64,000 bases of DNA from the human T2T-CHM13v2.0 reference genome, Homo sapiens (GCF_009914755.1 NC_060926.1); one strand, 5' to 3'; shown: positions 12,001 through 26,536, numbered from the stretch's first letter. Translations and numbers: made by a program. The notes: generated from the letters alone by a model not told the origin.

Positions 12001-15000
12001 AGAATATACATTCTTCTCAGCACCTCATCGCACTTATTCTAAAATTGACCACATAATTGAAAGTAAAACACTCCTAAGCAAAAGCAAAAGAATGGAAATC
12101 ATAAGTCTCTCATACCACAGTGCAATCAAATTAGAACTCAGGATTAAGAAACTCACTCAAAACCGCACAACTACATGGAAACTGAACAACCTGCTCCTGA
12201 ATGACTACTGGGTAAATAACGAAATGAAGGCAGAAATAAAGATGTTCTTTGAAACCAATGAGAACAAAGACACAACATATCAGAATCTTTGGGACACATT
12301 TAAAGCAGTGTGTAGGGGGAAATTTATAGCACTAAATGCCCACAAGAGAAAGCAGGAAAGATCTAAAATTAACACCCTAACATCAAAGTTAAAAGAAGTA
12401 GAGAAGCAACAGCAAACAAATTCAAAAGCTAGCAGAAGACAAGAAATAACTAACGTCAGAGCAGAACTGAAGGCGATAGAGACAAAAAAACAACCTTCAA
12501 AAAATCAGTGAATCCAGGAGCTGGTTTTTGAAAAGATGAATAAAATAGATAGACCACTAGCCAGACTAATAAAGAAGAAAAGAGATAAGAATCAAATAGA
12601 CACAATAAAAAATGATATAGGGGATACCACCACTGATCCCACAGAAATACAAACTACCATCAGAGAATACTATAAACACCTCTATGCAGATAAACTAGAA
12701 AATCTAGAAGAAATGGATAAATTCCTGGACACATACACCCTCCCAAGTCTAAACCAGGAAGAAGCTGAATCCCTGAATAAACCAATAACAAGTTCTGAAA
12801 TTTAGGCAGTAATTAATAGCCTACCAACCGAAAAAAGTCCAGGACCAGACAGATTGACAGCTGAATTCTACCAGAGGTACAAAGAGGAGCTGGTAACATT
12901 CCTTCTGAAACTATTCCAAACAATAGAAAAAGAGGGACTCCTCCTTAACTCATTTTATGAGGCCAGCATCATCCTGATACCAAAACCTGGCAGAAACACA
13001 ACAAAAAAAGAAAATTTCAGGCCAATATCTCTGATGAACATCGATGCAAAAATCCTCAAGAAAATACTGGCAAACCGAATCCAGCAGCACATCAAAAAGT
13101 TTATCCACCAGGATCAAGTCGGCTTCATGTCTGGGAAGAAAGACTGGTTCAACATATGCAAATCAATAAACATAATCCATCACATAAACAGAACCAATGA
13201 CAAAAATTACTTGATTATCTCAATAGTTGCAGAAAAGGCCTTCGACAAAATTCAACACCCCTTCATGCTAAAAACTCTCAAACTAGGTATTGATGGAACG
13301 TATCTCAAAATAATAAGAGCTATTCATGATAAACCCACAGCCAGTATCATACTGAATGGGCAAAAACTGGAAGCATTCCCTTTGAAAACTGGCACAAGAT
13401 AAGGATGCCCTCTCTCACCTCTCCTGTTCAACATAGTATTGGAAGTTCTGGCCAGGGCAATCTGGCAAGAGAAAGAAATGAAGGGCATTCAAATGGGAAG
13501 AGAGGAAGTCAAATTGTCTCTGTTTGCAGATGACATGATTGTATATTTAGAAAACCCCATCACCTCAGCCCAAATTCTCCTTAAGCTGATAAGGAACCTC
13601 AGCAAAGTCTCAAGATACAAAATCAATGTGCAAAAATCACAAGCATTCCTGTACACCAATAACAGACAAATAGAGAGCCAAATCATGAATGAACTCCCAT
13701 TCACAACTGTTACAAAGAGAATAAAATACCTAGGAATACAACTTACCTGGGATGTGAAGGACCTCTTCAAGGAGAACTACAAACCACTGCTCAAGGAAAT
13801 AAAAGAGGACACAAACAAATGGAAAAACATTCCATGCTCATGGATAAGTAAATCAATATCGTGAAAATGGCCATACTGCCCAAAGTAATTTATAGATTCA
13901 ATGCTATCCCCATGAAGCTACCACTGACTTTCTTCACAGAACTGGAAAAAACTACTTTAAACTTCATATGGAACCAAAAAAGAGCCCGGATAGCCAAGAC
14001 AATCCTGGACAAGAAGAACAAAGATGGAGGCATCATGCTACCTGACTTCAAACTATACTATGAGGCTACAGTAACCAAAACATCATGGTACTGGTACCAA
14101 AACAGAGATATAGACCAATGGAACAGAACAGAGGCCTCAGAAATAACACCACACATCTACAACCATCTGATCTTTGACAAATCTGACACAAACAAGCACT
14201 GGGTAAAATATTCCCTATTTAATAAATGGTGTTGGGAAAACTGGCTAGCCATATGCAGAAAACTGAAACTGGACCCCCCTTCCTCACACCTTATACAAAA
14301 ATAAACTCAAGATGGATCAAAGACTTAAATGTAAGACCTATGACCATAAAAATCCTAGAAGAAAACCTGGGCAATACCATCCAGGACATAGGCATGGGCA
14401 AAGACTTCATGTCTAAAACACCAAAAGCAACGGCAACAAAAGCCAAAATTGACAAATGGGATCTAATTAAACTAAAGAGCTTCTGCATAGCAAAAGAAAC
14501 TATCATCAGAGTCAACAGGCAACATACAAAATGAGAGAAAATTTTTGCAGTCTATCCATTTGACAAAGGGCTAATATCCAGAATCTACAAGAAACTTCAA
14601 CAAATTTACAAGAAAAAAACAAACAACCCCATCAAAATTGGGCAAAGGATATGAACAGACACTTCTCAAGAGAAGACATTTATACAGCCAACAGACACAT
14701 GAAAAAATGCTCATCATCACTCGTCATTAGAGAAATGCAAATCAAAACCACAATGAGATACCATCTCATGCCAGTTAGAATGACAATCATTAAAAAGTCA
14801 GGAACAACAGGTGCTGGAGAGGATGTGGAGAAATAGGAACACTTTTACACTGTTGGTGGGACTGTAAATTAGTTCAACCATTGTGGAAGACAGTATGGCA
14901 ATTCCTTAAGGATCTAGAACTAGAAATATCATTTGACCCAGCAATCCCATTACTGGGTATATACTCAAAGGATTACAAATCATTCCACTATAAAGATGTA

Positions 15001-15470
15001 TGCACACGTATGTTTATTGTGGCACTATTCCAATAGCAAAGACTTGGAACCAACCCAAATGTCCATCAATGATAAACTGGATAAAGAAAATGTGGCACAT
15101 AGATACCATAGAATACTATGCAGCCATAAAAAAGGATGAGTTCCTGTCCTTTGCAGGGACATGGATGAAGCTAGAAACCATCAATCTCAGCAAATTAACA
15201 CAGGAACAGAAAACCAAACACCGCATGTTCTCACTCATAAGTGGGAGTTGAACAATGAGAACACATGGACACAGGGAGTGGAACATCACACACTGGGCCT
15301 GTCGGGGGGTAGGGGGCTAGGGGAGGGATAACATTAGGAGAAATACCTAACGTAGGTGACGGGTTGATGGGTGCATCAAACCACCATGGCATGTGTATAC
15401 CTATGTAACAAAACTGCACGTTCTACACATGTACCCCAGAACTTAAAGTACAATAAAAAAAGAAGAAAAA
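9083..15470 (+). mobile_element. Full-length (~6.4 kb) inactive L1PA (L1PA6-8-like), antisense to LY75
   Basis: 5'UTR, ORF1 remnants (10332-11420), ORF2 endonuclease/RT (FADD)/C-terminal remnants broken by stops and frameshifts (~11420-15251), G-rich 3'UTR, A-tail; 20-bp TSD aaaagaaaaacacttttgtg at 9063-9082 and 15471-15490. Confidence 0.97.
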
Positions 15471-16800
15471 AAAAGAAAAACACTTTTGTGGTATAAGTAA
15501 AGTCATGGGAGAAAATATTTGGAAATTATTTATATCCAGAAATATAAAATTTTATATTTTATATAAATTTTATATAAATTTTAAAATAATTTGGAAATTA
15601 TTTATATATTTATATATAAATACTGGAAAGTATTTATATCCAGAATATATAAAGAATTCTTACCCCTTGACAATAAAAAGACCCAATTTAAAACATGAGC
15701 AAAAAATCTGAATAGGGATTTCCCCAAAGGTGATATACAAATATTCAATAAGCACATGAAAAGATGCTTAATATCATTAGCCATTAGGGAAATGAAATAA
15801 AAATCCCAGTGAGATATCATTCCACACTCACTTAGATGGCTATAATGAAAAACACACAAATGTTGGCATCGATACGGAGAAATCAGTACTCTCATATACC
15901 GGGAATGGAAAATGGTATAGCTGGTTTGGAAAACAACCTGGTAGTTCTTCAAAGGGTTAAACAAAAGATGCAGCAATTCTATTCCCAGGGGTTTACCCAA
16001 GAGAAATGGAAACATATGTCCATGCAAAAACTTGTACGTGAATGTTCAGAGAAGCATTATACATAATAATTAAAAATGGTTTAAAATTTAGGTTGTTTTA
16101 CCTAAATGTCCATCAAGTGATACATGGATAAATAAAATGTATTATATCCATAGAATGGAATTTTATTCAGTCATAAAAAGGAATAACGTACTGATACATG
16201 CTACAATGTGGATAAACCTTAAAATCTTTATGCTTAATGGAAAAAGCCAGTCACACGCAAAAAGCACACATGGTATGATCTCATTTATGTAAAATGTCCA
16301 GAATTTTACATTCAGGCAATCTGTAGAGACAGAAAGTAGATCAGTGGTTGCTGAGGACTAGGAGACAGGGAGGGAATGCTAGTGGGTATTGTGTTTCTTT
16401 TTGGGGTAGTGATGATTGCAATAAAGCTTTAAAAAAAGGTGCTAGGCATATTACAATTATAAATTGGTATAAAGATTGATGCCATCACTACCTACACACA
16501 CCCAATGTTGTCCTGGTTATTTCTGGTCTTCATTGATTACCATCTCCCAAGGCAAGACCCCTAAACATCTGCCTGCAGCAATGACACATTAGAAGCACTG
16601 CACACACGATTTGGTTCTTGTTTGCTGCTTTATATCATCTCATGCCTTCCAGTTCCTCTTCCCTTCTCCTAAACTTCAAAGTTATCAATTTTCTGACCAA
16701 TATGATGTGCAATGGTAGATTTCTAAAGTTGTTTTAAGAAAAAGTCACTTTTTTCACTTGGCTTAATGTATCTCTCAGTTGACATACTGTGGCTTCTCAT

Positions 16801-17052
16801 AGTAATTTCTATTCATGGCCCTGCTATTGAAAAATCAAAAATGTTTAAAAAAACAAACTTCTTTGGGTAGGTGCCAAATACAATTAAATATTCTATATCA
16901 ACGTAACCAAAAACAGTGACTTACAGTGATTTCTATTCATGGCCCTGCTATTGAAAAGTCAAAGCTGTTTTAAAAACAGAATTCCTTGTATAGGGGCCAA
17001 AAAATTAAATATTTTATAAGTATATCAAAGTAACCCAAAACAGTAACTTACA
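16801..17052. repeat. Diverged tandem duplication, 2 x ~125 bp
   Basis: atttctattcatggccctgctattgaaaa ... aaaacagt(g/a)acttacag occurs twice head-to-tail. Confidence 0.9.
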
Positions 17053-17917
17053 GATGTAAATTAAGTCAGTAAGAATGAGATTCAAATCAAATGTGCCATT
17101 TGTCTGAAATGTCTTTCTATATGTCCCTCATATGCCTGTATATTTTAATAGAAATTTTATTACTCAAACATTTTATGAAAGAAGGTAAAACAATAAGGGA
17201 GTCTTCTGATCTAAAAATGCTTTTTCAGAATTTATAATAGATTTTCAGTTGCTTCTGATAATATAACTACAAAGTATACCAAAGGGTACAATTTCAATCT
17301 CTCTGTCCTGGGTGTGGTCTCTATGGCTCAATACAAGACCATTGTTTCTTCAGTCACTTTCAGGTGAAGCCTCAGAATTTTCCAGCTAGTTTTTCTCCAT
17401 TTTAATTCAAGGGTAGTTAAGTGTCATCAGAGAAAAGGTTTGGGCCAACTAAGTCCTACTATGATGAACTTATCCTCACTTGGTAAACCAAGTCTTTATC
17501 TATTGCTTGATAGTTTAATTTCCATTAACCCCTCTGCCAACCATAAACATTTCAGGAAAACATTGGTAACCCCAAGAAACAGATGGGTTAGAGAGCAAAG
17601 GAGAAGCCTATTTTTAAAACAGGCAGATTTGAGTAATTTAGCTTCTTTTCCTTCCCTACCCCTGGTTATTATTGTCCTGTGCCCCTTATCAAACCCTCTT
17701 TAGAGTAAATGTATGCTTTTGATGCTCTATGGCCGTGGAAAGGTTTTCCTAATTCCAAAATGTCTATGATTTTCAGGACATTTCTGAGCATCTTTCTAAA
17801 TGCTCAGAAGCATTTAGAAACAAGACCTTGTTTCCTCTATATTAGACTGTTTTAAAAAATTTTGTTATCAATCATATTTTGGATTGGTGGTATTTAGTCC
17901 AAATTCCAAATATTTGA

Positions 17918-18263
<346 letters not shown>

Positions 18264-18461
18264 TAATGCTTATCATATGTGGGCCAGTATAAACTAAGCC
18301 AGGGTTATAAACCCAAAACTGCAACACTAATAGAGTGATTCTGTTCTTGCTCATCTCACATAGTTAGTGGAAACAAAAAGTAAGTATTGAAGATTTATAT
18401 GGGATGGTGATCATTTTTAGTTAGTCTTGAGTTGCTACATAAAAGAGTGAAAAAAGAAAAT

Positions 18462-18824
18462 TGATATGGTTTGGCTCTGTGTCCTCATCCAAATCTCATG
18501 TTGAATTATGATCTTCAGTCTTGGAGGAGGGGCCTGGTGGGAGGTGATTTTCCCCCTTGCTGTTCTCGTGATAGTGAGTGAGTTCTAATGAGTTCTGGTT
18601 GTTCAAAAGTGTGTAGCACCTCCTCCTTCACTCTCTCTCCTGCTCCACCATAGTAAAACCTGCTTGTTTCCCATTCGCCTCTGACATGATTGTAAGTTTC
18701 CTGAGGCTGCCCAGCCATGCTTTCTGTAAAGCCTGTGGAACCGTGACTCAATTAAAGCTCTTTTCTTCATAAATTACCCAGGTTCGGGTAGTTCTTTTTA
18801 GCAGTGCGGGAACAAACTAATTCA
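18462..18824 (+). mobile_element. MST(A)-like MaLR solo LTR
   Basis: tgatatggtttggctctgtgtc ... aaactaattca; flanked by direct repeat gaaaat. Confidence 0.88.
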
Positions 18825-19035
18825 GAAAATTATTTTCCGCCATTTAACTTTAAACTCGATGATAAAGGCAGAGCAGAGACATAAAAACTGTCTTGGTATT
18901 TATGTAAGTTATGCTAAGTACATAATTATACTTTCACGTATTGATAGACATGTACTTTGAAGAACTATGGCTTGATAATTATGTTATAATGAAGTACAAA
19001 AACAAATAGAGAAAGTTGGCAGATTTACAACTTAC

Positions 19036-19152
19036 TTCTATAAGTTATTCCTAACATGACCCATGAAGCCATATAATTGAAGTACAGCAGTTGCTCAAGA
19101 ACAAAGTTATTCTCCTTTTCATCTCGAATACTCAGAATATGTGATTTTGGAT
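19036..19152 (-). CDS. LY75: LY75 exon ~28 (CTLD8)
   Basis: 117 nt, phase 1->1; (N)PKSHILSIRDEKENNFVLEQLLYFNYMASWVMLGITYR; CAG / GTAAGT. Confidence 0.97.
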
Positions 19153-19530
19153 CTGTTGAATAAAAAATAATCAATAATTTTAACAATTACTTATCTAGTA
19201 CACTTTTATTTGATAAGTTTAAAACATTTTAGTTCTCAGTTTAATATACTTCAAAATATAAACAATATTGGACAATTAGAAACATATGTAAAATAAAATT
19301 ATCCCATTGTACTAAAATTAATAGGTTAAGGAGTTTTCAAATGTTTTGATGTTAAATTTGGTCTTATGGTATAATAGAAAACTAGTAGCTGAGTAGAGAA
19401 TTTAAAACATTGATTCACTTCACTTTCCCCTATTTAAAGGTAATTTTCAGTTGGTATAAATCCACCCATAGTAATGATATACTGTCAAAGATTACGCTAT
19501 AATAATTAGAACCTCTTAGATGAACTATAA

Positions 19531-19856
19531 CAGGGGTTCCCAACCCCCGGGCCACACACTGGTACTGTTAGGAACCAGGCCTGTTAGGAACCGGGCCTGT
19601 TAGGAACCGGGCCATACAGCAGGAGGTGAGCAGCAGGCAAGCGAGCATCACCGCTTGAGCTCTGCCTCCTGTTAGAGCACTGTGGCATTAGATTGACAGA
19701 GGAGTGCAAACCCTCTTGTGAACTATGCATGCGAGGGATATAGCTTACATACTCCTTATGAGAATCTAACTAAGGTCTGATGATCTGAGGTGGAACAGTT
19801 TCATCCTGAAACCATCCACCCCTCCCTGTCAGTGCCAAAAAGGTTGGGGACTGCTG
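19531..19856 (+). mobile_element. MER1 (MER1B-like) hAT-Charlie non-autonomous element
   Basis: TIRs caggggttcccaacc / ggttggggactgctg; internal cagcaggaggtgagc, ccttatgagaatcta. Confidence 0.88.
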
Positions 19857-20494
19857 GGCTATACGACAGATCTTCCTTTTCCTTAGTTTTCAGTATGAGG
19901 GTTAAAAAGGCTTAATATTTCCCAAAGGGTGTTCCTCACAAAATTAACAAGGAAGTTTCAGAAAAGATCTACATGGATTTTAAAAAAAGTTTGCAAACAT
20001 TGGTTTAAACAAAATTAAACTAGTTTATGCCAGTATTTCTTAAGGCATATGTTAATGTACATTTGTTAATGTCCAACAGGAAGCTATGGTGTCTAGTGTT
20101 TCTCAACCTTTTTCTTTTTTGTTGGTTATTTTTTTCAACCTTATTCTAAGGACTTTTTGCAGACCATCTCTCAAGACTGATGTTATACGGAGCATGCTTT
20201 GGGAAATACTGGTTTGATATTTTCTATAGCAACTTTCACTAAGTTCATTGTTCCATTGGTTCCAACAGTTCCATCATTTGGAAGTCACAAATCCTTAGTG
20301 GATCTCATAGGAATTATCTGAAGACTCTTGAGAGCTGAAAATGTGAAATGTGCACTTCTTTAAGCTTAGCTGCTGCCTTGTGGTGTATCTAAGCTTTTGA
20401 CTGCTCCAACTAACTTATTTTCACTTCCCCATAGCCTAGCTTGATTTAATGTCCAGTTCTCTGCTCTCTTGTGTGTCATTTCTTTCCCCCTTCC

Positions 20495-20781
20495 TTTTTT
20501 TTTTTTTTTTTGGAGATAGGGTCACCTGTTATCCAGGCTGGAGTGCAGGTGGTTCAATCACAGCTCACTGCACCTTCAACCTCTTGGGTTCAAAGATCCT
20601 CCCTCCTTAGCCTCCCAAGTAGCTAGAATTACAGGCATGTGCCACCATGCTTTTAATTTTTTGCAGACAGAAAGTCTCACTATGTTGCCCAGGCTGGTCT
20701 TGAATGGTTGGCATCAAACAATCCTCCCACTTCAGCCTTCCAAAGAACTAGGATTACAGGCATGAGCCAATGTGCCTAGCC
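20495..20781 (-). mobile_element. AluJ
   Basis: Diverged reverse Alu. Confidence 0.9.
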
Positions 20782-21041
20782 CATTTCTTTTCCTTTTAAA
20801 GGAGAACCTGCCTTCCTTACAAACATAGACTAGTTCTTGAATGGAAGAGTAAAGAAAGGAGTTATGCCTATACTTTCCATTTTAACTAACACAAATTTTA
20901 ATACTTTGTCACTGATAATGTAGATATTAGGAGATGAATATTTTTGTCATCTAGTTACTAGTGCTAATTAGAAATATTTATAACACAGGAAATATTTTTT
21001 TAATTAGCAAAATACAATAAGTAATGACAGTATAATATACT

Positions 21042-21400
21042 TGATATGGTTTGGCTGTTTCCCCATCCAAATCCCATGTTGAATTGTAGCTCCCATAATC
21101 CCCACATGTCATGGGAGGGACCTGGTGGGAGGTAATTGAATCTTGAGGGTGGGTTTTTCCCGTGCTGTTCTCGTGATAGTAAGTCTTATGAGATCTGATG
21201 GTTTTACAAAGGGCAGTTTCCCTGCACATGCTCTCTTGCCTGCTGCCATGTAAACATGTCTTTGCTTCTCCTTTGCCTTCTGCCATGATTGTGAGGCCTC
21301 CCCAGCCATGTGGAACTGTGAGGCCATTAAACCTCTTTTTCTTTATAAATTACCTAGCCTCGGGTATGTCCTTATAGCAACATGAGAATGGACTAATATA
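21042..21400 (+). mobile_element. THE1 (THE1C/D-like) MaLR solo LTR
   Basis: tgatatggtttggctg...gaattgtagctcccataatcccc...gagaatggactaatata; 5-bp TSD atact at 21037-21041 and 21401-21405. Confidence 0.93.
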
Positions 21401-21408
21401 ATACTTAC

Positions 21409-21576
21409 TCAGTTTCTGGCATTTAGTATGAACTTCATCCTGTGTTGTTGCCATATGCCTATTCTTTGTTATTATGAAATTGTAGCAACAGTTCTGAAAT
21501 GGTATCCACGGAGTATTTAGAACAGGAGATGGACATTTAACACTGTCAACTGGTTTGACCTCTTTTTCAGTCTCAT
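21409..21576 (-). CDS. LY75: LY75 exon ~27 (linker, start of CTLD8)
   Basis: 168 nt, phase 1->1; (N)ETEKEVKPVDSVKCPSPVLNTPWIPFQNCCYNFIITKNRHMATTQDEVHTKCQKL; TAG / GTAAGT. Confidence 0.97.
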
Positions 21577-22844
21577 CTAGAAAAAGAGTTAATGGTAAGA
21601 ATTCTAATTTGAGATATAAATGTTAAATCCTGTTTGCAGTCATTAGGCTTGATTTGTAGGAAATATTCAGGAAGCCGAGAAGTAATATCCTGGTGAAGCC
21701 TGTCTCTGTTTATACTCAGATATAGCACACAAAAAGCCAGCTTTCTATAGGAAGGAAATTACTTGACACAATTTTCTTACCCCTGCTGTGGCATGGAAGA
21801 ATGTAAAAAATGAGGTGCTATTAGGTTAAATGCAGTTTCTGTCTTCCTGCATTACCAAATGTCAAGTACAAGGGACCACCCCTAGAGATGCTGTACAAAC
21901 ATATTCATTATTAAAAGTCACCTAACTATAACTCTGAGAATTTATTTTAAAGTTTCTGTCTACTGATACTATTAATTTTAAAGGAACATTTAAATGAAAC
22001 ATTGATGTTCTAAATAAGTTATTGCTTTAACCAAGTCAAACAAAAATAATATTTAAAATCTGACATCTACAGTATCTGATTATGATCTTTTTCCATTTTA
22101 TGAAAAGGCCATACATTCACAAAGATACAAATATAAACATATTCCACTCAAATACATTAAACTGATTTAATATGTGGCAGAGATCACTCAGTATCTCTCC
22201 TGGATCACAATAAGTCCCTTTGTCCATGAAGCAGTGTCTTCTTTCTACCACAGACCCACAAATGTGACCTTGCCAGTTGTAAAAACACTTTCCTCTGACT
22301 GGGCTAGAGACTGCACACCTGACTCAGGCTAAGTTCATGAGATGTTCCCTAGGGATTTACAAAGTGAAATTTAGAAATTGTCAACTCATCTCCAGTTATA
22401 GGTTCAGCTCTATCCCCATTTTGGGGATCCTAAATTTCCCCTTGTCTTAAGCTAGCTTGAGGTGGTTGCTGTGAATCTTAAGACTCATAAAAGTCCTGTT
22501 AGTTGTGATATTATGAATCACAAAAGAATTCTCACAAATGTAAGCTTTCTACAACTATAAATATATGCAGAAAGAGGTAGCGTAACAATGGGATTTTAAG
22601 TGTTAATCCCCATTGTCAGCTGACATAAAAATAAAACATGCCTAAAATGACCCATTAATAATAATATATGTAATATATAATTTTACTTGAATACAAATTT
22701 TCACAACAAATGTTGCCATAAAAAGACATGACTATAATTTCTTCACAATTCCAAAACCAGATTTTATAAAACCACTCCTCAGAAATTCTACCACTTATGG
22801 GACTGTTAATAATTTAAGAATTAAAAGATCTAAAATTCACATAC

Positions 22845-23010
22845 TTCCTGAATAGTAGCAAATAGCACCTGGTTGATTGTCATTGCAATCAACTGTTTTC
22901 CAGAATCCATCAGTGTCTAATACTACACAGTCTTCGAGTTGCCCATTAGTTTCAGCCCAGCGACTAAAATGAAGACGTTTCCCATCTGACCAACCAAAGT
23001 TGAGTTCATC
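22845..23010 (-). CDS. LY75: LY75 exon ~26 (CTLD7 second half)
   Basis: 166 nt, phase 0->1; DELNFGWSDGKRLHFSRWAETNGQLEDCVVLDTDGFWKTVDCNDNQPGAICYYSG; CAG / GTATGT. Confidence 0.97.
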
Positions 23011-23129
23011 CTGTAAGGAGCAGAAGTACATTTCAGGTGGCAATATTGATGTTAACCCTTTGTATTATTTTGACTCCCATGGTCAATCTAATGATTTTTA
23101 ATTTTTTTAATATTTAATACACATTTACA

Positions 23130-23660
23130 TACCATTTACTACATAACAAGCATTGTTCTAAATGCTTTACAAATATTGGCTTACTTAATCCTTGTAACAA
23201 CCATATAGGAGAGGTACTATTATTATCTCCATTTTAAAGATGAGGAAACTAAAGGTATGTAACTTGTGCAAAGTCCCACAGAATACAAACCACAGTGCTG
23301 GGCCTTTCTGCCAGTCTGTCGATCCCCAGAGTCTATGTCCTAACCATTATGCTACGCTGCCTCACACATAATTGGATCCACTGGTTATCAGAAATCAGAA
23401 AGCTAAAATGGGGTGAGGATCACTATAAGTACTGATTAGATCAGAGACCACCTGGCATAGTGGAAAGAATATGGGCTACGGAGCTAAACCTACATGGTTT
23501 TGAATCCTGATTCAGTCACTTACTAGCTTTCATGTGCCATCTCTCCAAATTTCCATCCCCTACCAAGTTAAGTGTGACACTTAACTTCGTGGGGCTGGAA
23601 TTAATGGGATAACACGTGTAAAGCCCGCAACCCAGGGGCTAGCTGGCACACAGAGAGCTG
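23130..23660. mobile_element. Two MIR fragments in opposite orientation
   Basis: ccattttaaagatgaggaaact core (~23230); gcatagtggaaaga...tttgaatcctg...cacttactagct (~23460-23530). Confidence 0.7.
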
Positions 23661-24383
23661 GTGGTTCCCTTCCTCTGAACTCTTCAGGCGCTGTGGCTCT
23701 CACATCACTGTTTTCACACTTGTTGGGGAGAGAAGCTTCTTCATTCACTAGATTCTGTTGTGTGCTAGAGGTCTGTGAACGTCTGCCTTTACACCCTGCC
23801 AAGGTCCTGACCACCCATCTAGGTACAGGAGATGGATTGTGGGGTACAGGCCTGTCTGAGCTTCCCCATGGTGCTGCCAGAGACCTTACATACCCACTGG
23901 TGGGCCTGGTGCTGGCCTAACAGACCCACTGAGCTAAGCTTTCCTGAGTCCCAAGACAATCTGCATCACTAGTTTATTTGAAATATGGAACGAAGCGACA
24001 CAGTCTCCTTAGTAAACCATAAACAGCAACACAGTCAAGCCTCAACACCACTCGCTGCTTCATTCTGAAATGTTCATGACCAGAGTTCCAGCTGTAATCC
24101 TAGCCCCTAACCTAACCCAGTTAGGGCCTAAGCCACTGTGGCCTCCAGTGTGGCCCTTCGGCCATGCGACTTTGCCTGCACTCATTCAGACTGCCCTGCA
24201 TTTCTTCCCCTTTGCTGCACTCCCCACCTAACCCTGTCCCTGATCCTTTGGAATTTCCATTCCATCTAAATAAATCATCCCACACCTTTTATCTTTTTAC
24301 TGAATACAAAGTATGAAGACTATAAATATCTTTTCACTAAATTCTTGATCTTAATTGATCTTAATTTAACTCTGGCTTTTCCA

Positions 24384-25018
24384 GGGAATGCTCACACATT
24401 GTTGGTGGGATTATAAATTAGTTCAGCCCCTGCGGAAAGTAGTTTGGAGATTTCCCAAAAAACAAAAATAGAATTACCATTCAACCCAGCAATCCCATTA
24501 CTGGGTATATACCCAGAGGAAAACAAATCGTTCTACCAAAATACACCTGCGCTCATATGTTTATTGTAGCACTATTCACAACAGCAAAGACAGGGAATCA
24601 ATCTAGATGTCCATCAGCAGTGGATTGGATCAAGAAGATGTAGCACATATACATGATGGCATACTGTGCAGCCATAAAAAAGAACGAAATCATCTCCTTT
24701 ACAGCAACATGGATGTAGCTGGAGGACATTATCCTAAGTAAATTAATGCAGGAACAGAAAACCAAATACCACATGTTCTCACTTATATAAGTGGGAGCTA
24801 AATATTGGGTACACATGGATGTAAAGATGGGCATGATATTGTCTGGGGACTCCAAAAGTGGGGAGGGAGTGGAGCAAGGGTTGAAACACTACCTATTGGG
24901 TACTGTGTTCACTATTTGGGTGACAGGTTCAACTGAAGCCCAAGCCTCAGCATCCCACAGTGTATGTATTGTAACAATCCTGCACGTGTACCCCCTGAAT
25001 CTTAAATAAATACATAAA
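24384..25018 (+). mobile_element. 5'-truncated old L1PA/PB 3' end
   Basis: ORF2-end and 3'UTR motifs; TSD tctggcttttcca on both sides. Confidence 0.88.
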
Positions 25019-26142
25019 TCTGGCTTTTCCAAGGGAATAATCTCCTTTCAGCACCCACAGGGGAAGACTATTTGATATTCTATTCTCAGATACCACAGGA
25101 CTATGAGAAAGGAGTAGTGGATATTTTTATCTCCTTTTATTTCCTTTCAGGATTATTCCCCTTGTATCACTGCAAACTCCCCATGACATTCACTGAGGAC
25201 TTGGTCGCCTTGCTCCTCCCTGACATTCACTAAGATGTCCCAATTCTTGCTGTCCTCCCGGTCCTACCATTAACTTGGGATGCCTGTGTTCATGTTTCCA
25301 AGCCTTCTTGACTTCCTTTAATTCTATGTATTTTTATTTCTTCAAGCTGGGTACTTGAGTGACCCACTGCATGGCCACACTCTGCACTTCACATAACCCA
25401 GAGCTGCCTCTCCTCAGACACTGTAAACGCCAACAGCATTTCCTGCATGAATTTATAGAAAAATAACTGCTCTCCCTCTCTCCAGCTGCTTGCGTCCTCC
25501 CCGGCCTTCCACACAGTGTCGTCTACTTAAGTAAAGTCTTATATTGCCACTACTCTGTTTAAAATCTTTCAATATCTTCTCACTGCTTTCAATGTAAAGT
25601 ATTTATTAACATCCTGTCATTTTCAAAGAATTAAGGCAGCTATTAGGATATATAGTTAAACAGCTACACAGAATATGTTAAAATTAAGGGTGAAAGGGAA
25701 AAGAGAACCATAGGTAAAGGTTGAAAATAGGATAAGAAGTAAGACCCAAATCATTAAGTGGGGAGGGGAGTTACAAAATAGTCTGATTCCAACTGTCTAA
25801 AAAATAAATAGGTACACATAGAAAAATAACTTGAAAGATCCATACCAAAATATTGATTGAATCATGTTTATTTTTAGGTACTGGCATTACAGGTGACTTT
25901 AATTTTGTTCTTTTAATTACTGACAAATTTTCTACATTGCAATACTGTTTTTGTCTCAAAACATTTAGGGTGACTGAAACTAGGAAATGTAATCACCTAT
26001 TGTTTCCTCACAACAGACACAACAAAGCGTTTCACAGAATTTCCAATGCTGAAGATAAAGCAAGTAAATGCAATGCTATAAAACAATTGAGACTGTGAGG
26101 ACTGAGTAAGCAGCTTCCCCATCTCCTGGCTTGCTCTGGGTT

Positions 26143-26536
<394 letters not shown>

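Larger units (their letters stand above)
8500..16440 (+). mobile_element. Old L1M 3' region (pieces ~8500-8688, 9000-9082, 15491-16440) split by an Alu and by the full-length L1PA
   Basis: Collinear L1M ORF2-end/3'UTR motifs continue across both insertions. Confidence 0.75.

Noticed and set aside
10332-15251. L1 ORF1/ORF2 pieces as an active retrotransposon or a host reverse transcriptase gene
   Set aside because: Multiple stops and frameshifts split both ORFs; retrotransposition-incompetent
15304-15328. G-quadruplex-like motif
   Set aside because: Ordinary G-rich tract of the L1 3'UTR, not locus-specific
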